Assembly (NCBI GenBank): GCA_965203355.1
Contig: OZ241889.1
Coordinates: 896,001 to 960,000, forward strand
Length of the DNA: 64,000 bases
Source: Candidatus Latescibacterota bacterium
GTDB taxonomy: Bacteria > Latescibacterota > UBA2968 > UBA8231
Direction of reading: 5' to 3'
The stretch's first letter is position 1; every line of letters starts with the position of its first letter. The translations under genes were made by a program, and so were the position numbers. Under the pieces are notes generated by a model. It saw only the letters and a list, made by a program, of their open reading frames with translations, was not told the DNA's origin and made no database searches. Below, piece by piece: positions 56,701-64,000 of the stretch.

Positions 56701-57130
56701 GCAGCATTAAACGGACGAAATTCGCGCTGTTTAGCTGATCGGGATCGGTGTGCTGAACGCGGGGCGGCGAAGCACCGGGCGGCATTTGGCGGCGGAACAA
56801 ATATATCTTTTCGGCTAGCGCTAGCTCGGCTAGTTGTACATTCGCGTCGGGGGCGAGTTCAGCGGTGATCGACGCATGTCCCTTGGCGCTGGTAGAGCTC
56901 AGCCGAACCACGCCCCGCAGACTTTGCACGAGCGACTCCAAGGGAGCCGTGATCTGCGATTCAATGGTGAGGGCCGAAACGCCGGGCCACCCAACGCGCA
57001 CAGTAAGCCGTGGCGCGTCTAATTGGCCGCCGATGTCAATGGGGACCAGCCGAAAACAAACCAAGCCCAATACCAACACCGACACCCCGGCTACGCCCAC
57101 GGCTACGGGTTTGTCCAACAGCTTGTCCAT
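53759..57130 (-). CDS. RND efflux permease (AcrB family), second subunit
   Basis: IE..IT.PLE, GLIVDNAIVI, GIAVNNSILL, RLRPI.ITT.TTI.G.LP. Confidence 0.9.
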   Translation of the reverse strand: MDKLLDKPVAVGVAGVSVLVLGLVCFRLVPIDIGGQLDAPRLTVRVGWPGVSALTIESQITAPLESLVQSLRGVVRLSSTSAKGHASITAELAPDANVQLAELALAEKIYLFRRQMPPGASPPRVQHTDPDQLNSANFVRLMLLAHEDPVVLRQYVDDRLHLPLQSVPGVEQVTVLGGAQQHIFLEMNHLLAQRWQIDQGVLSQAIAAQGIQTRFLGAAQSQGALSSIQLYGNLADLETLEDVPLKRLASGRFIYLKDVATVRYRPGPPTSLYRINGRNAIAILFEKTPGSDMIHTSQQIREKVGELSQHLPEGFEIVALHDKGAEIERDFRFLLRWSAFSIAFIALVLVGVFKRFQTVLLILSSIWLSVLGAVVLFFALGIHLNLATLAGFTIGFGLIVDNAIVIYDYLHRRVQSCGPGGDLRAAVAAGLREGVHPIVVSNLTTLGAFLPVFFLSRKLQGYLEPFVVALSLTLTIALLVALVLIPTFFYRTIARSVPTSAASTDRFYRLYRAVLFFCVRRKKMFLGLVVWAVGVPLWLLPDKLGDEQVVQATDKITTRQQYKAYLATRDTTSSPSLSSNATSASKRSRADRPIRERLYASGADLYNQAWSNPTVSAIKPALFKVLGGATYLLFRDLSHRLDRRPSQHFFPELSEGFSLIVDLRIPHNSHISQIDKVLRDVEKQLFNFAPYIEGVITQTAGRFGLIQVLLKEEYLTSDIPYVLYERLGAYEGNLGGVGMSIYGKGLESITGKPLYGGRGVSNRLSIHGFNFGQVGNIAEDIADRLKQKQRRSRRIKDIHVDFTTSPPQGEVVVQFDHAKTAPRGLDHADIVHDIQDRLATGGTFAQVYMDGQQYAVSVADTGASRMTTRRLSQVELDAHPARIGHVTHIEKRTVPPSITRKDQRYIRTVGFMVLGSFDYSNSILQDIVDHTSLPYGYTLSNPMIYEMDKKEQWELGGIVLLSVLLVWMIAAALFESWTQPLLVLIALPLALIGMGAALFLFDAPFNQGGYAALLLLMGIAVNNSILLVYTISNALQQRPADPKEAVAKAAFQRLRPIFITTLTTIAGFLPLLLQGDRTNLWYTLALGTSGGLVSSSILLILVVPLCAIWRTRVRLNTNASQKA

Positions 57131-57131
57131 G

Positions 57132-60100
57132 TCATTCTTTTGCCCGCGCAACAACCGAGTAGAGGATGGGTACGGCGATCAGAATCAACAGGGTTGATAG
57201 AGAGATGCCGCCAACAACCGCCCAAGCCAAGGGACGGCGCAACTCGGCACCGCTGCCGCTAGATAAGGCCATGGGCAACAGGCCGCAGACCGTGGTCAGG
57301 GTCGTCATACATATCGGGCGGAATCGCTTTTGTCCGGCTTCCACGATGGCTTGACCGAGGTCGCCGCTGGCTTGGTAGTGCCGATGGATGAAGTCGGTTT
57401 TAACTATGGAATCGTTCACCACAATCCCCACGAGGACGATACATCCCAAAAGGGACATGATGTTTAGCGTGTTGCCCGTTAGCCACAGGGTGCAGATGAC
57501 GCCTATAGACGCGAAGGGCACGGCCGTGACGATTACAAAAGGAACGGCGAGGGACTCAAACTGGGCGGCGAGAATGAAATAGACCAATACAATGGAGATG
57601 AAGAGAATGAGATACAGGTTTTGATAGTGTCCTTGCAGCTCGGCGTATTGGGTGCCGACCTCGATCCAATACCCGTCGGGGATGGTTAGCTGAGGTAGGA
57701 ATTCGTCTAGCCGGGCCTTGGCTTGGTCAAAGTCGAGCCCCTGTAAAGCGGCCGTGACGGCGACGGTACGCACTTGGTTTTCGCGGTGGATCGCTTCGTA
57801 GCCCACACTCGGTTTGAGGCGGATTAACTCGGAGAGTGGGATGGCGACGAGACGGCCTTGCGTTTTGACGGGGTACTGCATGTTGAGGACGCGCCACAAG
57901 TCGAGTTCATCGCGGTGTTCGGCTAACACTTTGATGTCTATACGGTCGGCAAAATCGACGAACTGGGTGGGCGTACTGCCTTGTAGCTGGCGGTTGATAA
58001 AGTCGGCGAGTTCGGCGAGGCGGATGCCGTACTGTAGGGCCGCTTCTCGCTGGACCTCGATGTTGAACACCTGTTTGCTGGCCTGCAAGTTGACGCGGGT
58101 GTTGGCAAAGCCCGCGTCCTGCTGCATAAAACCTGTGATCTGCCGACTCAAGTCAGCGAGAACGGTTAGTTGCGGCCCGATAACTTTCAGGTCGAATTGG
58201 GTCTGGTGCTGCTGAAAAAGCTGTTCAAAGGCCGATTCCGGGGGCGACAGGGAGAGGGTCAGGCGGTTGAATTCTCCAAAGGCCGCTTTGATCCGCTCGG
58301 CGATGTCCGCGCTTTCGCTGCCCTCGGCGACTTCAATGTCTAGCACCGCTTTATTCAATCCGGGCCGGTACTGCCGGTCGAGTATCTCGCGGGTGATGCC
58401 GATGGACGAGAGCACGGATGCGACGCCGTCCTCGCGCAGCAGGCGGCGTTCTAGCTTGGTTATTTCCACCGCCGTGGTCGGCAGATTGGTTCCCGGCGGC
58501 AGTTCGGCGCGGAGGACCAAATGCTTTCTATCGACGGTGGGTATGAGCTCGCGCTCTAAGTCGGTGGCTAGATAGGTACTCAGCGCCAGCAGGACGAACA
58601 GGGCCCCGGCGACCTTCCAGCGGTGGCGCAGGGCGCGGACGAGGACGTACTCGTACAGCAAGAAAAACTTGTTGAAGAGGTGTTGAAAGAGGTCGATGGT
58701 GAGGAGGAAAGGGGTGGCTGCTAGGCGCCCGATGCGGTAGAGCCGCCCCGATTCGTTGGGTGCGTTCCAAGACCGGGCAGAGAGCATGGGAAGTAGCACG
58801 ATGGACACGATCAAAGAGGCTGCCAGAGCGAGGGAAATCGTGACCGCCTGCTCGTAAAAGAGGGCCCCGGCGATCCCCTCGACATATACTAAGGGCATGA
58901 AAACCGACATGGTGGTAAGGGTCGAGGCCGTGATGGCCAAGCCCACCTCGCGCGTGCCGCGGACCGCTGCTTCGCCCGGCTCGTGCGACATTTCGCGGTA
59001 GCGATAAATGTTTTCCAGCACGACGATTGAGTTATCAACTAAGATGCCGATGCCCAAAGCAAGGCCCCCCAACGACACAATGTTAAAGTGGATGTCGAGG
59101 AAGTACATGCAGATAAAGGTGGTGATAATGGAAATAGGTATGGACAGCCCCACGATGAGCGGATTCTTGAGATCGCGGAGGAAGTAAATGAGGATGACAA
59201 AGGCAAAGAGGCCGCCCAAGTACAGGGACTGCAGGACGTTGTGTATAGATTCGCTGATGAACTCGGCTTGATCGAAGACCGGCACGACGGCGAAGTTCGC
59301 GTATTCTTGCGAAAAGCGGTAGAGGCTGTCGTACACTTTTTCGGAGGCTTCCACGGTATTGGCGCCGGCCTCCTTGAAAACATACAGAGTGATGACCTCG
59401 TGTCCGTTCAAGCGGGTGTAGCCGGTGCGTTCTGCGTAGCCTTCTTTGATGCGGGCCACGTCCTGTAAGCGGATTAGTTTGGGCGTTAGTTGTACGGGGA
59501 TTTGGCGGATTTGTTGTATGTCGGTGAACTCGGCTTGGATGCGCAGGGGTAACTGGGAAAAACCGTCGCGGATCGAGCCACCGGAGTGGGTTATGTTGAA
59601 CTGCTTGAGGCTGGTTTCCACCTCGGCAAAGCCGATGTTGTAGCGCAGGCTTTTCTCGGCGTCGAGATGGATCTGGATTTCGCGGTCTAGTCCGCCCGCG
59701 ACCTGCACGTAGGCGACACCGTCGATCTGCTCCAGTCGGCGTTTAACGATAGCCTGCGCCATTTCCTTCAGTTCCATGAGGGCTGCTTGGTGATCCCGGG
59801 TGGAGCGGGGCTGTTCGACCCGATCGCCGGTGATCACGAGCGTCATAATGGGGGCGGCCGAAGGATCGAAGCGCAAAATGGTCGGCCGGTCGGCCGTTTG
59901 CGGCAGGTGCCCTTGGTCGAGGCTGCTGCGCGCCTTGATGAAGTTGAGGTCCATGTCGCTGCCCCAGTTGAACTCGACCTCTACAAAAGAGATGCCGTCT
60001 TGCGAGATGGACTTGAGCCGCTGGACGCCGCTTAGGGCACTGAGCGAGGCTTCAATGGGGCGGGTGACATGTTCTTCCACATCGCGGGCATTTAGGCTAG

Positions 60101-60254
60101 GTGCGTCCGTGCGGACAACGAGCCGAGGAATGTCGATATCGGGAAGAAAATCTACGCTTAGCCGGAAAAGGGAGTACAAACCCAAGAGGAGTGCGGCGAG
60201 AAAGCAAACGGTAGTGGCGACGGGCCGATAGACGGCAAAGCGTACGACATTCAC
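57132..60254 (-). CDS. RND efflux permease (AcrB family)
   Basis: RPVAT, GILVDNSIVVLENI, ASTLTT..VF.P, GIVVNDSIV, RFRPI.MTT.TT. Confidence 0.93.
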   Translation of the reverse strand: MNVVRFAVYRPVATTVCFLAALLLGLYSLFRLSVDFLPDIDIPRLVVRTDAPSLNARDVEEHVTRPIEASLSALSGVQRLKSISQDGISFVEVEFNWGSDMDLNFIKARSSLDQGHLPQTADRPTILRFDPSAAPIMTLVITGDRVEQPRSTRDHQAALMELKEMAQAIVKRRLEQIDGVAYVQVAGGLDREIQIHLDAEKSLRYNIGFAEVETSLKQFNITHSGGSIRDGFSQLPLRIQAEFTDIQQIRQIPVQLTPKLIRLQDVARIKEGYAERTGYTRLNGHEVITLYVFKEAGANTVEASEKVYDSLYRFSQEYANFAVVPVFDQAEFISESIHNVLQSLYLGGLFAFVILIYFLRDLKNPLIVGLSIPISIITTFICMYFLDIHFNIVSLGGLALGIGILVDNSIVVLENIYRYREMSHEPGEAAVRGTREVGLAITASTLTTMSVFMPLVYVEGIAGALFYEQAVTISLALAASLIVSIVLLPMLSARSWNAPNESGRLYRIGRLAATPFLLTIDLFQHLFNKFFLLYEYVLVRALRHRWKVAGALFVLLALSTYLATDLERELIPTVDRKHLVLRAELPPGTNLPTTAVEITKLERRLLREDGVASVLSSIGITREILDRQYRPGLNKAVLDIEVAEGSESADIAERIKAAFGEFNRLTLSLSPPESAFEQLFQQHQTQFDLKVIGPQLTVLADLSRQITGFMQQDAGFANTRVNLQASKQVFNIEVQREAALQYGIRLAELADFINRQLQGSTPTQFVDFADRIDIKVLAEHRDELDLWRVLNMQYPVKTQGRLVAIPLSELIRLKPSVGYEAIHRENQVRTVAVTAALQGLDFDQAKARLDEFLPQLTIPDGYWIEVGTQYAELQGHYQNLYLILFISIVLVYFILAAQFESLAVPFVIVTAVPFASIGVICTLWLTGNTLNIMSLLGCIVLVGIVVNDSIVKTDFIHRHYQASGDLGQAIVEAGQKRFRPICMTTLTTVCGLLPMALSSGSGAELRRPLAWAVVGGISLSTLLILIAVPILYSVVARAKE

Positions 60255-60266
60255 GGGCCGATCCTC

Positions 60267-61433
60267 TCAGCGTTGGACGACCACGACTTTCGCATCGTGG
60301 GCTAGGTTGTAATGCCCGGATACGATGAGGTCTTCGCCGGCTTCTATTCCTTGGGTGATCTCGATAAAGTCGTCGTTTTCGAGGCCGGTCTTCACGTAGC
60401 GCCATTGGGCTAGCCCGCCTTGGTGAACGAATACTAGCTTGCGGTCGTCGCGGATGAGGAGTGCATCGCGCGGAATGAGCAGCCGCTGCTGAAAGGCTTC
60501 AATGCCTATTTCGAGCCGGGCGAACATGCCGGGTTTGATGCGCTGGCCGGGGTTGTCCATTTGGATCAAGATGCGGCAAGTCCCGCTCTCGCTATCTACC
60601 ACCGGACTGATGGCTTTGACCGCGCCCGCAAACGGGTCGTCGGGGTATGCGTGAAGCGCGATAGCGGCTTGAGCACCGACTTGCAATAAGCGCAACTCGC
60701 TTTCGAGGATGCTGACTTCGAGCAGCAGTGGGTCGAGTGCCAAAAGCTGCATCAGGGTCTGTCCTTGGGTGACCCAAGTACCAGCGGTTACTTCCACTTC
60801 GGTTACGACGCCGGCAAAAGGTGCTGTAATAACGGCGTCTTTGAGGTTGAGCTCGGCTTGCGCTAGGGTGAGTCGAGCGCGGGTTAAGCCCGTAGTGCTG
60901 GCGATCCATTCTTTGGGGGTGCCGCTTGCAAATAGCGCTAGGGCTTCTACATCGTTGATGTTGGTGCTATCCGCTTTGGTCTCGATGAGGTCGCGTGCTT
61001 GATGCCCGCGATCCAGTTGGTTGCTCAGCAGGGCGATGGAGGCGTACTCTCGCAGTGCCTGCGTCATTTGATCTTTTGCCTGTAGATAAGCGATGTTATA
61101 ACGTTTTACGTCCAATTCCAAGATGGTGTCGCCTTTGCTGACAAAGCGACTTTCCTCGACGTTGAGGCGGCGCACTTGGCCCGCTACTTGGGGGACGATG
61201 GCGGTTTCCTTCTTGGCCTTAAAAACTCCTGTTGAGGTAATTTTCTGCACGAGGGTGCGGGGCTGAATCGTTTCTATGGCGACCGGAGTGTTGGGTGGTT
61301 CAAGTTCGGGGAGGGTTTCGAGGGATTCGCCGCGGGGATTTTGCGATGGCGCGGAATCGCTGAAAATCGCAAACAATAGGACGAGTAGTCCAAGCGCGAT
61401 AGCGATGTATAGTAGCTTTTTTAATGTCTTCAT
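60267..61433 (-). CDS. RND periplasmic adaptor (membrane fusion protein)
   Basis: N-terminal TM, lipoyl halves (G.V...V..G; ITAPFAGVV), ISPVVD, KPGMFAR, VKTGL. Confidence 0.92.
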   Translation of the reverse strand: MKTLKKLLYIAIALGLLVLLFAIFSDSAPSQNPRGESLETLPELEPPNTPVAIETIQPRTLVQKITSTGVFKAKKETAIVPQVAGQVRRLNVEESRFVSKGDTILELDVKRYNIAYLQAKDQMTQALREYASIALLSNQLDRGHQARDLIETKADSTNINDVEALALFASGTPKEWIASTTGLTRARLTLAQAELNLKDAVITAPFAGVVTEVEVTAGTWVTQGQTLMQLLALDPLLLEVSILESELRLLQVGAQAAIALHAYPDDPFAGAVKAISPVVDSESGTCRILIQMDNPGQRIKPGMFARLEIGIEAFQQRLLIPRDALLIRDDRKLVFVHQGGLAQWRYVKTGLENDDFIEITQGIEAGEDLIVSGHYNLAHDAKVVVVQR

Positions 61434-61484
61434 TTTGCAAGCTCGCGATCTTTACTTTACCATGGACAGGATCAACGTTCCAGT

Positions 61485-62495
61485 TTACGATCTGCTCAAG
61501 GTTTGAGAGTGGGTGGCTAGGGCTTCTAGGGCATTCCGTTCTTGAACGGCGATAGCTTGAATTCGCGCCTGGATGCGCGGTATCAGCCTTGGTGTATACT
61601 TGGTTGCGCCTTTGAAGCACAGGTTTTTGGCGACAAACCAACTCTGAGAAATCGACTCGAATTCTCGGCCGAGAGTGCTTAGGCCGTCGAGGCCGCAGAG
61701 CCGACTGGCATAGTTGAGGAAAGTGCCATGTCCCTCTCTGTTTAGGGCGACATCGAGGAACAATTCAGTGCATTGGTTCAGGCGCGTTTTGATAGCTTGC
61801 CTTTCGCATTCCGCCCATGTTCCTACATCCTCGGCGAGTTGCTCAATCCCGACTACGCCTTGGACGCGCTCGGCTTGTGAATTGGTTGCAGACATACTCG
61901 CGAAATTGCGTTGCAAAATGGCGGCCACATGGCGCGAATGTACGCTAGGCGGCTCGTCCGGCATGTCTAGCAAACACCAGTTAAAATAGGGCCTGTTCCC
62001 GCCAGAAACAGCCCGCGTATCCCAACAGGCAAGGAAGAGGTCAAGTGGGATATCTCGCGCCGAAGGCGTCCATGGCGAAGGATCGATCAAGTGGACGGTG
62101 CTCGCCTTATCGTCGTACCTGGCGACGATAATCTGGTGTATTGAGTGTCGCTGGCGCGGAAAGAGTCCGGCTCCAGCTAGATGGAAGACATCTATATTGA
62201 TAGCTACGGGCGTACCTGCATCCAATCGTTTTTTGACTTCGTTTAACGCCGACCTGCCATCATCAGAAGTATAGCTCAATGCCTCAATGCCGAACGGCTG
62301 GAGCATGGCAAAGAGGGAAGCCGGACGACTCTTGATGCTGAACGATTCGCCTCTAGTGTAAAAAAAGTCCCAGTTGTAAAAAACGGGCAGCGACGGTTCC
62401 CATTGGTAGTAGCGCAGCAAGCTGTCTAATACGACATGGAGGCAGTTGTAGTGCCGATTGGTGCAGAAGGGAATACCACTAATGCGCTTTTTCAT
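61485..62495 (-). CDS. BtrH-like papain-fold peptidase/acyltransferase
   Basis: N-terminal NC (catalytic Cys), IDVFHL....HSIH.I.V..YD......LIDP, helical C-terminal domain; ATGA overlap. Confidence 0.75.
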   Translation of the reverse strand: MKKRISGIPFCTNRHYNCLHVVLDSLLRYYQWEPSLPVFYNWDFFYTRGESFSIKSRPASLFAMLQPFGIEALSYTSDDGRSALNEVKKRLDAGTPVAINIDVFHLAGAGLFPRQRHSIHQIIVARYDDKASTVHLIDPSPWTPSARDIPLDLFLACWDTRAVSGGNRPYFNWCLLDMPDEPPSVHSRHVAAILQRNFASMSATNSQAERVQGVVGIEQLAEDVGTWAECERQAIKTRLNQCTELFLDVALNREGHGTFLNYASRLCGLDGLSTLGREFESISQSWFVAKNLCFKGATKYTPRLIPRIQARIQAIAVQERNALEALATHSQTLSRS

Positions 62496-63136
62496 GACGA
62501 TCCTTCCGCCCGGCACAAGGTCAACGCGAAGATGTGCATGGATGGATTATCCGGCGTCACGAGATGCGACAGCAGCAGGGTTTCTTCTAATTCAATCACC
62601 TGATGCCAGAGACCCGCTTCAATATGCGTTTCATACATTTGGCGGCCTTTGCCCGGTGGGGCTATGCCAAAGAGGAATACGTGGGGAATGAGACCATCAG
62701 GAGTAATCAGTTGGCCCGTAAATGCCTCGATCTCTCCGTATTGAAGCCCATTGTAGTGCGAGGCGTCGCTGAGTGCGAGGGTCGCTTGGGCGCAGGAACC
62801 GTCCGGTGAGTGCAACCACACCGATTCGGCATTCGCACGCCAATCGCATATTCCAAGCACATGGAGTGCGCGGTAGCATCCCACTGGCAGCGGAATGTCT
62901 TGAGCCTCGCAGGCGATGTTATCGGGCACACCGTCTCTTTTATCTGGGAACGCAAACCTTGTGCCGCTGCAATCGACGGTCGCCCCCGACGGTGGAAGAC
63001 CCCCTGACCGAAAGATCGTCCCCATCCCATCGAGTCCGTCGGCGGCAGGGTCGCAGGAAGATGCGATGCCCGCGTTGTTGAAATAGGGGGCTAGGTCAAC
63101 AGTTATTTGGCCATTGGCTTGCATATCTGTTCCCAC
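62492..63136 (-). CDS. Hypothetical beta-sandwich protein
   Basis: VDL.PYFNN.GI, F.FP.....DNI.C..Q.I, PDNP.MHIFALTL; in an operon between ACP and the BtrH-like gene. Confidence 0.65.
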   Translation of the reverse strand: MGTDMQANGQITVDLAPYFNNAGIASSCDPAADGLDGMGTIFRSGGLPPSGATVDCSGTRFAFPDKRDGVPDNIACEAQDIPLPVGCYRALHVLGICDWRANAESVWLHSPDGSCAQATLALSDASHYNGLQYGEIEAFTGQLITPDGLIPHVFLFGIAPPGKGRQMYETHIEAGLWHQVIELEETLLLSHLVTPDNPSMHIFALTLCRAEGSS

Positions 63137-63145
63137 CTGTGTTAC

Positions 63146-63418
63146 TCAGTGCATAGGCGATTGAAGTGCCAATCGCTTTTCTATATATGAGGTCAAGGAA
63201 CGCACTGAATCGAATAGGTCAATCCGCAGGTCTTCGTCTTCTACTTCAAATCCGAACTCTTCTTCAAGGGCAAAGACGATTTCTAACGCGGCAATGGAAT
63301 CGGCACCAAGGCCCTCGCCAAAGAGGGACTCGTCATCGGCGATGTCTTCGGGATTGATCTTGAGTTGGAGTCCTTGGACAAGGGCTTTTTTTACTCGTTG
63401 AGCTATGTCGTCGCGCAT
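63146..63418 (-). CDS. Acyl carrier protein
   Basis: 90 aa, acidic; GLGADSI phosphopantetheine site, LEEEFGFEV.D. Confidence 0.9.
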   Translation of the reverse strand: MRDDIAQRVKKALVQGLQLKINPEDIADDESLFGEGLGADSIAALEIVFALEEEFGFEVEDEDLRIDLFDSVRSLTSYIEKRLALQSPMH

Positions 63419-63999
63419 GGCCTCTCCTCTTCTTCTTCGGCAAAGTGATCGATGACCACCTCGACAGCCCGATGGACATCCACTTCGTCTGCAATAGATA
63501 CCGCCGGAAGACTGAACGTCTGTTCCAAGCGATTCAGTTTGTCGCGCACTTCGGCCGCGGTCATGGGCTGCGGTTTAATAGAGATTCGGCCATAGGCTGT
63601 GCGAATGTGTTTCGCCTGATCGCTCATGGCCAACAAGAGCGTAGGTGCTTGGCACAAGGCGCGAATGCCATCGATGGTGTCTTGAATGTAGTCGTTGGGA
63701 TCTACACTGTTGACTACTAATAGGCAGGCTTGGGGCTTGACCCCCATTAGGAACGCAAGGGTAGGTAGCGTCTGGGTCTGCTGTTCTTCCACGTTGTAAG
63801 GCACTGTGCCGGATTGGGTGCCGACTAAAATTAGGTCTGGCCGTTTGCGGTGGTTGATTTCTCGCATCTTGGCGTCGAGGTAGGGAGCGTAGTAGTCCAG
63901 CGGCATCTCAATTGACGCCGCGTAACCCATGGGGAACGCGCAGTCCATGCCGAAGAGGGCCGAGTGGTGTTCGGTGCCGACTTGTCCCACTCGGTAGCC
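63403..63999 (-). CDS. 5'-truncated DUF1611/TIGR04066-like P-loop protein (C-terminal part)
   Basis: GYRVGQVGTE..SALFGMD..FPMGY, PDLILVGTQSG.VPYN, FL.G..P....L.VN. The frame runs off the window edge. Confidence 0.6.
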   Translation of the reverse strand, partial: GYRVGQVGTEHHSALFGMDCAFPMGYAASIEMPLDYYAPYLDAKMREINHRKRPDLILVGTQSGTVPYNVEEQQTQTLPTLAFLMGVKPQACLLVVNSVDPNDYIQDTIDGIRALCQAPTLLLAMSDQAKHIRTAYGRISIKPQPMTAAEVRDKLNRLEQTFSLPAVSIADEVDVHRAVEVVIDHFAEEEEERPCATT

Positions 64000-64000
64000 T

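Overview
GC-rich bacterial chromosomal window. The gene content (many PhyH, Gfo/Idh/MocA, creatininase and amidohydrolase genes, TamB/Omp85, a 'TAVE..SWG..K'-tailed secreted protein) resembles Latescibacterota/Poribacteria-type organisms; that taxonomy is inference only. The backbone is housekeeping and catabolic: tmRNA, ilvD, tamB-Omp85, queC-queE, metG, polA, ltaE, folC fusion, moaA, coxD/coxE/xdhC-like genes and a penicillin acylase. It is interrupted by small AT-richer patches of defence-like genes and toxin-antitoxin remnants. At least two patches sit between a host gene's 3' end and a second copy of that same 3' end (rraA, 167/170 nt; polA, 37/47 nt), with no integrase in the window. Other highlights: (1) a stand-alone ~300-nt structured transcription unit at 25424-25723 with a 16-nt complement of the 16S rRNA 3' end; (2) a sigma54 promoter with an IHF-like site and tandem candidate enhancer repeats; (3) a 133-bp MITE; (4) a FolC-ATP-grasp fusion; (5) the distal end of a DUF1611/TIGR04066-like + ACP + BtrH-like + double-RND biosynthetic/export operon that runs off the right edge. 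All family assignments come from motif recognition, not database searches.
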